A program made the position numbers and the translations under genes. The notes below the pieces were generated by a model. That model made no database searches, was not told where the DNA came from, and saw nothing but the letters and a program-made list of their open reading frames with translations. From the NCBI GenBank assembly GCA_002633005.1, contig NMRA01000006.1:2069818-2133817 (forward strand): 64,000 bases of DNA, read 5' to 3'. This stretch comes from Phoronis australis (lineage: Eukaryota; Animalia; Phoronida). Of the stretch, positions 12,854 through 22,910 are shown piece after piece (the first letter of the stretch is position 1; each line of letters opens with the position of its first letter).

Positions 12854-13246
12854 TACCCTTATTCAAATTTCAAAATAAACTCACCAAAATGAGCAGCTTT
12901 TTGGTTTCCAATAAAGCTTTGAATTACCGTATTCAGTCAATGGCTATACACATAATGCACACAAAAATATTTTAAGTTCTAAATTCTCACCCAGAGATTT
13001 TCACTCGGTGAGATTTTGAGTAACACAAATTCTCACTTAATGGGAATGCAATGCTATGCAAATTACTTAAGATTCCCACTGAATTCTCACTGCAAATAAC
13101 AGTTTTATCACTAGAGTGCGATTTTTTCTCACAAATTTGAATGGCATCATAATTAGTTAGATTCTCACTAGAATCTTAGTTAGAATCCAGTGAGATTCTC
13201 ACCGACTTTCATGATTAGAATTTCTTAAGGTTTTTTCATAAGGGTA
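12854..13246. mobile_element. Small non-autonomous TIR element (MITE) with internal TTCTCAC/GTGAGA repeats
   Basis: Ends TACCCTTAT (12854) and ATAAGGGTA (13238-13246), many ttctcac copies in both orientations inside. Confidence 0.55.
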
Positions 13247-13418
13247 CTTCTTGTTTTGTTGTTTGTATGGTGGTCAAAACTAAGTTCACAGGTGGTGATT
13301 CTTCAATTCTCAGCGTACTTTGGAGTTGCCCAAGTTTAGTTCACAGACGAATGGGTATTTTCAATGCAAAAGTGGACACTTGTTATTACTATATTAACTT
13401 ATTAAAATGTTTTTTCAG

Positions 13419-15405
13419 GAATCGCAAATGATGGAAGAATCAGCAGTGTCCTTCGGGTAATTAGAGCAAGTCGTGTGTACAAAGTTGTCGAGAAAATCCA
13501 TAGGGTAGATGGGGGTCATGCAGGTTATAAAAAAGTAAAAGACATCGTCGACCGACAATTCTGGGGAATTCCGCGTAAATATGTACAGACCTTCTGCACA
13601 ACCTGCCCTACCTGCTTCTGTGGCTGGAGATCAATCTCCTAAGAATTGTAGTTCACCACACCCTGCCAGTTCTCAAAGATCACTATCTGATCAGGGAAAA
13701 ACATCATCCCGTGATAGTGAGGTACTATCATCGCCTGCTTCTGCGGTTGGAGAGCAATCGTCTGAGAGTTGTAGCTCGCCACAGCCTGCCAGTTCAAAAC
13801 CATCACCAACAGATCATGCTAAAACATCATCCCATGATACTGAGGGGCCATCATCACCTGCTTCTCTGACTGGAGAGCAATCTTCCCAGGATTCTAGCTC
13901 GCCACATCCTGCTACTCCACCAAAAGTCTCGCAAAAAAACCTGTGATGATTTGGGAAGCACCGTCCAAGACCACGAGTTTCTTTGAGAAACTCAATCTCA
14001 CGCACAGGGAAAAGGTGAGACAACGAGCTTGTACTGCAACATTGCTGAGTGCCAGTCGCATGGCAACACGTTACAACAAGAAACACAAGATCGTTTCTCC
14101 ACGCTTCGCTGAGAACGATTGTGTAACTGTCAAAATTCCAAAGTATGACAGAGTTTCAATGGAGATGAAGCCATTACCAGCACGCGTCATCAGTGTCAGT
14201 GGCAAAGTTGACATGCGATATCAACTCGGCACCAAAGTTGGCCTTCTGAAGACAAAGTACAGAGCTGGGGACTTAGCTGTGCACCATGAGCATGTAGACA
14301 TGGACACCACCAACAGTCACGCTCAGGGAAGCTGCCCGTTTGTTAAATCCATCGACACAATTTATGGGCAACAGATGTAGTTGCTCTGGTTTTTGTACAA
14401 AAACCAACTGCAGATGTAAGAAGAATAAGATCACGTGTAGCAGTCATTGCCATCCAGGTCATGCCTGTGAAAACAGAGAACAACAACATGGACAGAGAGA
14501 AAAAAGCAATCAAAGATCAAGGAAGTGCCACCTGCTAAGAACATGAAAGGAGATGACTGCCAGACACAAAACAACATCCACTCTAGCATTCACTGCCATA
14601 CAGGTTCTGCCAACAACAACAACAGAGAACAGCCACCCAAGAGAAAAGCACAAACTAAAATCCAACAACAACCTCTAAGAAGATGAAAAGAAATGACTTC
14701 CTGTATGATGCCATCCTTCCATCAAATGCCTGGCTAAACGACCTCCATATTGATGCTGCTTCTCGATTGACCAAGAAAGCACATCCGAGTGTGGAAGGGT
14801 TGTACAACCCTCTCTTGCAACAGAGTCTGACATGGCCAGTGCCGAAAGCAGGTTTCATTCAGATTCTAAATGTGAATGACAGTCACTGGGTTTGTGTTTC
14901 AACTATTGGGGATAAGGCATCTACAGCATCTTTTTATGATAGCATGATGCTAAAACCAGGTAAAGACCTTGTGAAGGTGGTTGCAGACCTTCTGCATGCC
15001 AAGGACAACAAGGTCACTCTCAACGTTGTCGCAGTGGATCGCCAATGGGATGGCTCTAGCTGTGGTGTGTACGCCATTGCTTTTGCAACGTCTCTAGCAT
15101 TTGGAGAGGATCCGCATAGGCTGACTTATGAGCCAACGGGAATGCGTCGACATCTGGTCAAATGCCTAAAGAATGAAACAATAACACCTTTTCCATCAGA
15201 GGACAACATCAGGCGGCGCAAGAAAGTCATTATGCAAGTGGAGGCGAAAATTTTCTGTTCGTGCAGAAGACCTAACGAAGGCTTCATGATACAGTGCGAC
15301 AACTGTGACAAGTGGTATCATGGTCCATGTGGCAACAAGACAAAAGCCAACACTTCAGAAGATTCTGTCTGGCTCTGTCAAACATGCAAAAAGTCATCAA
15401 AATAA
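13419..15405 (+). pseudogene. Decayed Ginger/KRBA2-SCAND3-type integrase transposon gene: HHCC finger - [core deleted] - Ser/Pro repeats - SH3-like C-terminal region - Cys cluster - Ulp1 protease - PHD
   Basis: After acceptor tttttcag (13418): IHRVDGGHAGYKK...FWGIPRKYVQTFCTTCPTC (HHCC); VTVKIPKYDR...YQLGTKVGLLKTKY; CSCSGFCTKTNCRCKKNKITCSSHCH; several frameshifts and stops between modules. Confidence 0.75.
14683..15405 (+). CDS. Ulp1/SENP-like (C48) cysteine protease domain plus C-terminal PHD finger (3' part of the element above)
   Basis: WLNDLHID, catalytic H (DSHWV), D (YDSM), Q/C (RQWDGSSCG); PHD CSCRRP...MIQCDNCDKWYHGPC...WLCQTC. Confidence 0.8.
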   Translation: MKRNDFLYDAILPSNAWLNDLHIDAASRLTKKAHPSVEGLYNPLLQQSLTWPVPKAGFIQILNVNDSHWVCVSTIGDKASTASFYDSMMLKPGKDLVKVVADLLHAKDNKVTLNVVAVDRQWDGSSCGVYAIAFATSLAFGEDPHRLTYEPTGMRRHLVKCLKNETITPFPSEDNIRRRKKVIMQVEAKIFCSCRRPNEGFMIQCDNCDKWYHGPCGNKTKANTSEDSVWLCQTCKKSSK

Positions 15406-15644
15406 GAAGTCTGCTGCACCACGCAATGGTTCCCTTGTCATTGTTCTTGGTTTAGGCTGGTATACTTCCCCACTTGCTCATTCTCTTTTGTTGTTACCAG
15501 TGACCTGACAAGACAGCACTTTGCAACACCAGATTGTAATGGCTGGAATGCATCATAAGTAGCTCATTCTAGTCTCTTGTTACCAGTGACGTGACATGAC
15601 AGCAATGCGTAACGGAGTGTGAAAGCCTCTGCTTATAGTTGTAC

Positions 15645-15712
15645 ATGTATATATGTGTGGTGTGGTGTGTGTGTGTGTGTGTATGTATGTGTTTATGCAT
15701 GCATGCGTGTGA
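15645..15712. repeat. (TG)n/(TATG)n microsatellite
   Basis: tgtgtgtgtgtgtgtatgtatgt run. Confidence 0.85.
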
Positions 15713-16133
15713 GAAGTTTGGATACATATTTATTATGCTTGTGAATATTGTATTGATGCATTTTACGCCCCCACAAATTTATATGTGGGTGCATCTTGTT
15801 GTCATCTAGACCCTGTGCAGGGTCTTATTCAAATTGGCAATGTGTTCTTATAAGTGGCAGTGTCCCTAGTGCCAGTCAATTTAAAATTCCACATATTTTA
15901 TGCCACCTTGTGGCCATTTTTTGTTATATTACGTTCGTTTTCTGGCGTCCATCTCTCTATCTGCCATGCTGCACAAGGGATCATGAAAGTTTTCAAGTCG
16001 GACTACTGTGTTGCCCCGTAGTGATGATTTTGGTTTTTTGTGCCTACAGCTGAATCTCCTTCACCCTTTGAAGGAGCTTTGTGAACTTTGAAAGTTGTAT
16101 TCCTATGGAAACAACCACTGATATAAATACAAC

Positions 16134-16359
16134 TGTAGTGAACTCCGGAAGTTCCGGGTCACTATGCTCAGAGGTGACAGCCTCGTTTGGGTTATGCGGG
16201 TAGCCCACGTGGGTAGATATTAGTTAGCGTTCTGCAGAGCTAGTAGGAGGTGTCTGAAGACTAAGAGAGAAGACGAAAGATAAAAATGCAGGTGAGCGCC
16301 GGCCCTAATGAGTTAGCCTATAAGGGGCCTGACTGAACTTTTAGCAGAGGTTCACAACA
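16134..16359 (+). repeat. 5' LTR
   Basis: TG...CA, imperfect terminal inverted repeat, matches 20327-20552. Confidence 0.95.
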
Positions 16360-16365
16360 CATTTT

Positions 16366-16379
16366 TGGCGCCCAACGTG
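16366..16379 (+). other. Primer-binding site, tRNA-Lys(CUU)-type
   Basis: TGGCGCCCAACGTG just 3' of the LTR matches the first 14 nt of the Lys1,2 PBS TGGCGCCCAACGTGGGGC. Confidence 0.85.
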
Positions 16380-16509
16380 AAATTAGTTGCTTACTTTGTT
16401 GGCTTTCTTGCATTTGTTTTGGTAGCTTCGATTATTTTGATTTGGAGTTAACTGAGGGGTCTCCCCTGTCACTCCACGCATTCTTTGGGGTGTTCTGGAG
16501 TAGTTCCAC

Positions 16510-18603
16510 NTGGCCATAGGTGGTAATTTGCTGCAGATTCAGGAGGGGAAGGAGAGGGTTATTGCCTATGCTAGTGTTTCTCTGACTCCTGAACAGCGTC
16601 GTTACTGTACTACCCGCAAGGAACTTTTGGCTATTATTCGTTTTACGAGACAATTTCGACACTTCTTATTGGGTAGGTCATTTAAGGTTCGTACAGACGA
16701 TAGTAGTCTACAATGGTTAATTAATTTTAAGAATCCCGAGGGTCAATTAGCCAGGTGGTTGGAAGAGCTAAGTCAGTATGACATGTTGATTGAGTATCGC
16801 CAGGGTTGTCATCATGGTAATGCTGATGCTTTATCTCGTTTGAACACTCCTATCAGTTGCTGGGAATTCCGCCATGGTGTAAGGTTGGAGGATTTGCCTT
16901 GTGGGGGATGTTCCTATTGTACTCGCTTGCATGATGCCTGGGATAGGTTTATAGTTGAAGTGGATAATGTTCAACCGTTGTTTGATCGTAGACGAACAGC
17001 ATATGAGAAGAGATGTAAACGTCAGGCTAATGCTGAGAGAGAGCCTTTGTGGGAGGCATCCAAGGAATTGCTGTCAATTCGTAAAGTTGACTTTGTGGCT
17101 GCTGGAAGAGATATTGCTTCGGAACAGCGTAAAGATCCTCATGTATCATTGCTGTTGACCTGGTTGGAGCGGGGGTTGTCTCCAGGTGAAGGGGAATTAT
17201 TTTTAGCCAGTAAGGAGTCAAAAACTTTATGGGTTAACCGTGATCGTTTCCTGCTTAAGGATGGTTGTGTTTTCTTTAAGCGGAAAGAAGACGATAGGCT
17301 GGTTTGTTTTGTTCCATCTTCGTTACGACAGGAGATATTAGCTATTGGTCATGATATTCCGTGTTCGGGTCATCAAGGGGTAGCTCGTACTACTAAGAGA
17401 ATGAAAGCTAAATATTATTGGCCGGGTATGACTTCTGCGATTAAGCAGTACATTGGCTCCTGTGATAGGTGTGGTTTGAGTAAGAAACCGAATCGATATC
17501 CTAAGAAACCCTTGGATATCTATCAGGCATCGTTGCCTATGGAACGGGTGCATCTAGATTTTTTAGGTCCATTGCCAGTGACTCCTAGAGGGAAGGAGCA
17601 TATCCTAGTTATGGTGGATCAGTTCACGAAGTGGGTGGAGTGTATACCTGTTGAGTCTCAGACAGCGGAGATTACCGCTCAGACTGCAGTGGAGCATTTC
17701 TTCTCCCGTTTTGGATTCCCGTTTCAGATCTTTACAGATAGGGGATCTAACTTTGAAAGTGAACTGTTTACTCAACTATGTACTTTAACAAGGGTGCATA
17801 AATCTAGTACGACTGCTTATCGACCTAGTGCTAATGGACAATGCGAGCGATTTAATCGCACTTTAATGGACGCGGTGCGATGCTACGTAGATAAGCAGCA
17901 GTCGGATTGGGACCTCTTCATTCCCCAGATAGCATGCGCCCTACGATCATGTGTTAATCGGAATACCGGTTTTAGTCCAAATTACCTCATGTTAGGACGT
18001 GAAATTGTGTTGCCGCCAGAGTTAGTTTATCCAGTCCCCAGAGAGGGAGCAACAACCATGGATAATTATTTAGCCAGTTTGGTTGAGGCAAGTGAAATAG
18101 CTCATGAGACAGCAAGAAAAACTTTACAGGCTTCCCAGAAACACATGAAGCGGGCTTATGATGTTAAGCTGTATAAGCTAAGCTATTCGGTCGGTCAACC
18201 AGTGTTGATTTTGGATTCGGCCACTGTTAAAGGAATGTGTAAAAAACTGACTTCCCCTTGGAAGGGACCCGCAATCATTTTGGAAAAACTGTCAGACTAT
18301 TTATATAGGGTTAAAACCCATAATAGCATTACTGTGGTGAATCACGATAGGCTCATAGCCTGTAAGTTTAGACAGTTACCAGGATGGATTGAAAATCATA
18401 TGCAAAATCCTCAATTATTGCGGGAAGTAATCAAGGATAAAGGCAAGTTTTACTGTATATGCCGAAGACCTTATGATGGTCGGAGTATGATTGAGTGCTG
18501 TGGTTGCAAAGACTGGTTCCACGCCGACTGTGTAGATTTGAATGATGACCGAATGGCTTATTTTGCAAACATCGACTATTATTGTCCGTTGTGTGCCCCA
18601 TGA
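16510..18603 (+). CDS. Gypsy Pol, 3' part: RNase H - integrase (HHCC, DDE, GPY/F) - C-terminal PHD finger; 5'-truncated at n
   Basis: [42 protein letters not shown]; HD...GHQG...C..C; [25 protein letters not shown]; WKGP; YCICRRPYD...[16 protein letters not shown]...YYCPLC; no stops over ~2.1 kb. Confidence 0.93.
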   Translation, partial: XAIGGNLLQIQEGKERVIAYASVSLTPEQRRYCTTRKELLAIIRFTRQFRHFLLGRSFKVRTDDSSLQWLINFKNPEGQLARWLEELSQYDMLIEYRQGCHHGNADALSRLNTPISCWEFRHGVRLEDLPCGGCSYCTRLHDAWDRFIVEVDNVQPLFDRRRTAYEKRCKRQANAEREPLWEASKELLSIRKVDFVAAGRDIASEQRKDPHVSLLLTWLERGLSPGEGELFLASKESKTLWVNRDRFLLKDGCVFFKRKEDDRLVCFVPSSLRQEILAIGHDIPCSGHQGVARTTKRMKAKYYWPGMTSAIKQYIGSCDRCGLSKKPNRYPKKPLDIYQASLPMERVHLDFLGPLPVTPRGKEHILVMVDQFTKWVECIPVESQTAEITAQTAVEHFFSRFGFPFQIFTDRGSNFESELFTQLCTLTRVHKSSTTAYRPSANGQCERFNRTLMDAVRCYVDKQQSDWDLFIPQIACALRSCVNRNTGFSPNYLMLGREIVLPPELVYPVPREGATTMDNYLASLVEASEIAHETARKTLQASQKHMKRAYDVKLYKLSYSVGQPVLILDSATVKGMCKKLTSPWKGPAIILEKLSDYLYRVKTHNSITVVNHDRLIACKFRQLPGWIENHMQNPQLLREVIKDKGKFYCICRRPYDGRSMIECCGCKDWFHADCVDLNDDRMAYFANIDYYCPLCAP

Positions 18604-19910
18604 GAATAGACAGTTTCTTATTGCAGCCTAGTATACAGACCCAGGTCATCGACCTTTTGGCCGACGTACGGGCCGGAAAAAGAGAGCTCCCTACCCCGCA
18701 GGAGCTAGTATCCCTATTTATGAGAGGGGACCTAACCTTGGGAGGGGTCACCGAGCAAGTTAGAGCTCGCCGTTTCCTCCTCTTGGAGGTGTTTAAGGAG
18801 GCTACCCGGAGGGGATTGACAGATTACGTGGCAAGGTTGAGGCGAGTCTCCGTGGCCTTGGTGGGACCAGAATGGACCCAGGGAGAGTTAATCGAAGTGT
18901 CCCACGCTAGACCTCTGCTGGTGGACGCCGGATTGGCTGCTCCTCAAGTGGTGAGGGTTACCTTACCCCCTTCGCCACCAAGCCGGACCTCTGAGGAAGG
19001 TGCTAAAGCGCCCCCATTGGTGACATTGTACTCCCGCACGGATTCCACAGATCAGAAGACCCAGGAGCTAGACTCCTCAGTGTCCGAGGTGGGTGAAGAT
19101 CCTGGCCAGCCAGAGTCTTTGTCGGATTATATTATCCTGGACGAGGTGTCGGAGTCCGAGGCGGAGCCTCCCACACAGTCATCGCCAAGTGTCCACTTCG
19201 CTGCAGTGGATGTGCGGCTAAAGGACTCGCCCGGGAAAGGAAAGGCCAGTAATACCCCTGATGTGCGCCCTAAGGATCCTCCTCGAGGAAGAGAAAGAAC
19301 TTCTACCAGGGCATCGAGAGAACCTGCCAGAAGGTCGGAGGGCACCGCTAAGGTGCCAGCGCCTCGATCACACTCAGCGGTGAGAAAGACCAATCCATCC
19401 GATGCGGCCCCGCAGAAGTTCACCCTACGAGTTAGGGTGGATGATAAGCCTGAAGTGATCCCAGGACCGTGTGGAGCGCCCCGACCACGCCGCCTCCCGA
19501 AGTCACAGGGTGGGCCTCGTTGGCTACAAAAATGCCCGGTGTGTAGTGAGCGTTTTAGCCAGCTGCGCGAGCATGTGTACCGGGAGCATTTGCCTCCTCT
19601 TTTTCATACGACAGGTGCTTCCACCTTGTCACGTGCCGGAGCCCGGATGGGAAGGCTGGACAGAATGAGGCGGGATCACCTAGCAGGGGTGGAATGGAGC
19701 GAGGTGTTAAAACTGGTGGCACACAGTCCTTGGGCGCCAGAACAGCTGGTGATTACGGGATCCACTGCTAACCATATCCAGGATTTCAAGTTGGCCTGCG
19801 ACATCTTAGAGGCGGACCGGTACAGGAAGGGAGTGGAGGTCTCTAGTGTGGCCCTGCTCCTGCACTGGAGATTGCTGGTGATATTCTATCACCTGTGCGG
19901 TTACCTTTAA
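18600..19910 (+). CDS. Second internal ORF of the Gypsy element (~436 aa), unknown function, disordered middle and C2H2-like zinc finger
   Basis: ATG at 18600 overlaps pol stop (ATGA); uninterrupted 1.3-kb frame; [19 protein letters not shown]. Confidence 0.75.
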   Translation: MRIDSFLLQPSIQTQVIDLLADVRAGKRELPTPQELVSLFMRGDLTLGGVTEQVRARRFLLLEVFKEATRRGLTDYVARLRRVSVALVGPEWTQGELIEVSHARPLLVDAGLAAPQVVRVTLPPSPPSRTSEEGAKAPPLVTLYSRTDSTDQKTQELDSSVSEVGEDPGQPESLSDYIILDEVSESEAEPPTQSSPSVHFAAVDVRLKDSPGKGKASNTPDVRPKDPPRGRERTSTRASREPARRSEGTAKVPAPRSHSAVRKTNPSDAAPQKFTLRVRVDDKPEVIPGPCGAPRPRRLPKSQGGPRWLQKCPVCSERFSQLREHVYREHLPPLFHTTGASTLSRAGARMGRLDRMRRDHLAGVEWSEVLKLVAHSPWAPEQLVITGSTANHIQDFKLACDILEADRYRKGVEVSSVALLLHWRLLVIFYHLCGYL

Positions 19911-19919
19911 GGAGATACT

Positions 19920-20020
19920 GGCACTAGGAGCTTGCTCCTCGCCGTTTTGTATGGCAATAGGAGTTCACTCCTCGCCGTTGTGTATATATTGGCAATAGGA
20001 GTTCACTCCTCGCCGTTTGT
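19920..20020 (+). repeat. Three ~27-nt hairpin-forming direct repeats in Gypsy 3' UTR
   Basis: GGCA(C/A)TAGGAG-nnnn-CTCCTCGCCGTT at ~19920, 19953, 19991. Confidence 0.9.
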
Positions 20021-20312
20021 ATTAGTTTTGTAGTTTTGTACCTTTTCTATATTTAAATGGGTCAAATTGGGACCATATGAAGTTTTTGTTAATTTAGGAC
20101 TTTTTAGACTGGGTACATTCATTCTGTAAATGATCATTGGCGACAGTAATTCTGTCTAGCCGTTTATTTATTAGTTTTCGTAAACATGTATATAACCATT
20201 GGCTTGAGTGGAATCTCAAGGTAGTTTAAGACTTTTTAGACGGTTGTCAGGATTGAGCACTTGTAGTCTCTCCTTGTTTTTTGGGCTTTTTGTGGGTACC
20301 TCACCTTTAAAT

Positions 20313-20326
20313 AAAAGGGGGAGGAG
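20313..20326 (+). other. Polypurine tract
   Basis: AAAAGGGGGAGGAG abutting the 3' LTR. Confidence 0.9.
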
Positions 20327-20552
20327 TGTAGTGAACTCCGGAAGTTCCGGGTCACTATGCTCAGAGGTGACAGCCTCGTTTGGGTTATGCGGGTAGTCCA
20401 CGTGGGTAGATATTAGTTAGCGTTCTGCAGAGCTAGTAGGAGGTGTCTGAAGACTAAGAGAGAAGACGAAAGATAAAAATGCAGGTGAGCGCCGGCCCTA
20501 ATGAGTTAGCCTATAAGGGGCCTGACTGAACTTTTAGCAGAGGTTCACAACA
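20327..20552 (+). repeat. 3' LTR
   Basis: Copy of 16134-16359 (tagtccacg vs tagcccacg). Confidence 0.95.
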
Positions 20553-22284
20553 CAACTGTGCAACTACGGTTTGTGAAATTAAACCCACCAATCTATTTCC
20601 TACGTCAATTGACACTTTTTTGTCATTTGAATTGTGAGAAATTTTTACAACATTTTATAGAGCTGTCAAAAATTCATCAATATCTTTGAGACTTATTTCA
20701 AATAGACAAATCAAATCGTTTAGTGTACTTTTATATTTGGGGATCTCATGATAGATCCAATTTTCCCAATGTCTGCCTGAGCTAAGTTCGTTGAAGCATT
20801 GCCATTTTTTACAAGATAAGCTTCAAATTGTAAAAAAAACACCTGTCAATCAGCTCATTTACATTTCCTGTAATGGTGTCAAATACGGCACCCAGCATAT
20901 TTCTGTTTTTCCTTATAAATACTCACATATGTGGGTCGAAGATATGAAATGACTATTTTTTTCTATCTTGCAGTGTTAATACTTCTCCCAACTTACAACA
21001 TGCAGTCGTAATATCAAAACAATTTTCGAACTCGCTGAACGTGCGGAGACGCCATGTTTGAATGTGGTTGTATTACTGCGCCACCTGTGGATAACAACTA
21101 CGTCGTGTACATGTAAAGGAAATTTCAATCACAGTATTTTTTTCTTGGCAATGTTATCCGCCAGCACTGCACACTTTTGCACAGGTAATTCAAATTAAGA
21201 AGAATCAGCTGCTGTGGATAGTAATGATCCTTATATACCTCATAACTAGCTTATTTAAAGTACGTGTTCATCTGGTAAAAATTGTACACGTGTTCGTTTG
21301 GTGGAAAAATGTTCGCCAGACCACAAATGATCTGAGACTTGAGCAAAATCGCATTGGGTCGGTGCCGTTTAGAAATTAAAGCCTCTACTAGGCTCTCTGG
21401 TAAGGGAAACCTCCATGTTACACTTAGTGGTATTTTAGGATGTATAAATTTTACCCCAGTCAGAACGAGGTAATCTATCCAGGATCGAGTATGTCAGCAG
21501 TGAAGGCACATTACATTTAGGTGAAGTGGGTGGCTATGTTTTCTGGTAAAATTATTTTTATGCAGTGCCAAGCTTAAGTCTCAGCCTCATAACTCATATA
21601 CAAGGTATTAATGAACAAGTTATATGAAATTCACGACAAGAAATTTCATTGTTGGAAAGCAAGTTATTTGTTACAATCGTATGATGTTACTGTATCACGA
21701 TTGCTCGCATCGTTATCATTTCAGTTCATGAACCTGTGCAAGAAAATAAAGGAGATACTTCCATCTAATGTAGAAAGGTACCACCTCTTTGACGTTTTGG
21801 TTCCAGAGGTAATGTATATTCAAATGTGTCCATCATTAGGGATTACATAACACTAAGACTGTACGTCAGTAATATCTAATGACTATACAAAGTTATACTT
21901 TTGCTTACCATATTTAATTGGTTAACTCGCTAGACTTGATTTTGGGAAAGTGTGGCACTGACAACGAAGATTCTGGGATTTCAAAAATAGGGGGATTTAG
22001 GGGCCCCAGGGGACCCCACCCCCTTGGCTGCCGAAAGCAGAATGGAACAGCAACTGGGTAAAGCGTGAAGAAGTGTTGAATAACCAGGACCGGTAGGGGG
22101 GAGGGGGGGGCAGAACCCAGATCGCGGCATATCCCTTCCTTTTTTTTAATTCAACAACAGATTTTTGGAACAAATGGACCACAAAACCGGCCTCCAACTG
22201 TTGGGCCTCTGCTGCAATTGCAACCACTCTTGCCCAATTCTCCGAGATAACGTCTTTGGATGTTGGCCCCCCTCTATGGTATTC

Positions 22285-22730
22285 TTTCGCGTTATGGGAA
22301 TCTGAAGCTGATAGCTGTTTTAAAGACTATTTGAGGGAAAAATCATCCAAAAATCGAGATTCCTATATTGCGCAAGCCTGCGCGTTATAGGAATCTGACT
22401 GATATGCATTTTATAGAATATTTGAGGGAAAATTCGTTAAAAATCCGGATTCCCATAACGCACAAGCTTGCACCGTTATGGGAATCTGAAGTTGATAGCC
22501 ATTTTAAAAATTATTTGAAGGAAAATTCGTTCAAAAATCGAAATTCCTAAATTGCGCACGTCTGCGCGTTATGAGAATCTGAGCCTGATAGATATTTTAA
22601 AGAATATTTGAGGGAAAACTCGTAAAAAATCGGGATTCCTATAACGCGCACCCTTGCGCTATTTTAAGAGAAACAGCCGTTCAAAAATCAAAATTCCTAT
22701 TACCGTTAAGGCTGAGCCATATAAGAATCT
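22285..22730. repeat. Degenerate ~93-bp tandem repeat (about 4-5 units)
   Basis: cgttat(g/a)(g/a)gaatctga...gata...tatttgagggaaaa...attcctat recurs ~22289, 22383, 22474, 22567. Confidence 0.8.
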
Positions 22731-22910
22731 CATGCAGAATGATCATAGCGTGCTAATAGACTCGGAAAGTGTGATGTCACGCACCGCCATCTTGGATTCA
22801 AATAACTGCTTAGAGACCATGCTGTACAGACCTACTATTTACACTGCTTCGTATTTTTTAATCATAGTGCTGTTTTATATTTAGTTGTTATCAAAGTTTG
22901 CTTGAGTGAG

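Larger units (their letters stand above)
16134..20552 (+). mobile_element. Gypsy/Ty3 LTR retrotransposon, recent insertion (gag-PR-RT missing at an assembly join)
   Basis: Two 226-bp LTRs (TGTAGTGAA...TTCACAACA) with one visible mismatch; 4-bp TSD CAAC (16130-16133, 20553-20556); PBS and PPT present; RNase H-integrase order. Confidence 0.95.

Noticed and set aside
19920-20020. CRISPR-like palindromic repeats
   Set aside because: Only three units, linkers of about 6-11 nt, no cas genes, eukaryotic LTR-element context
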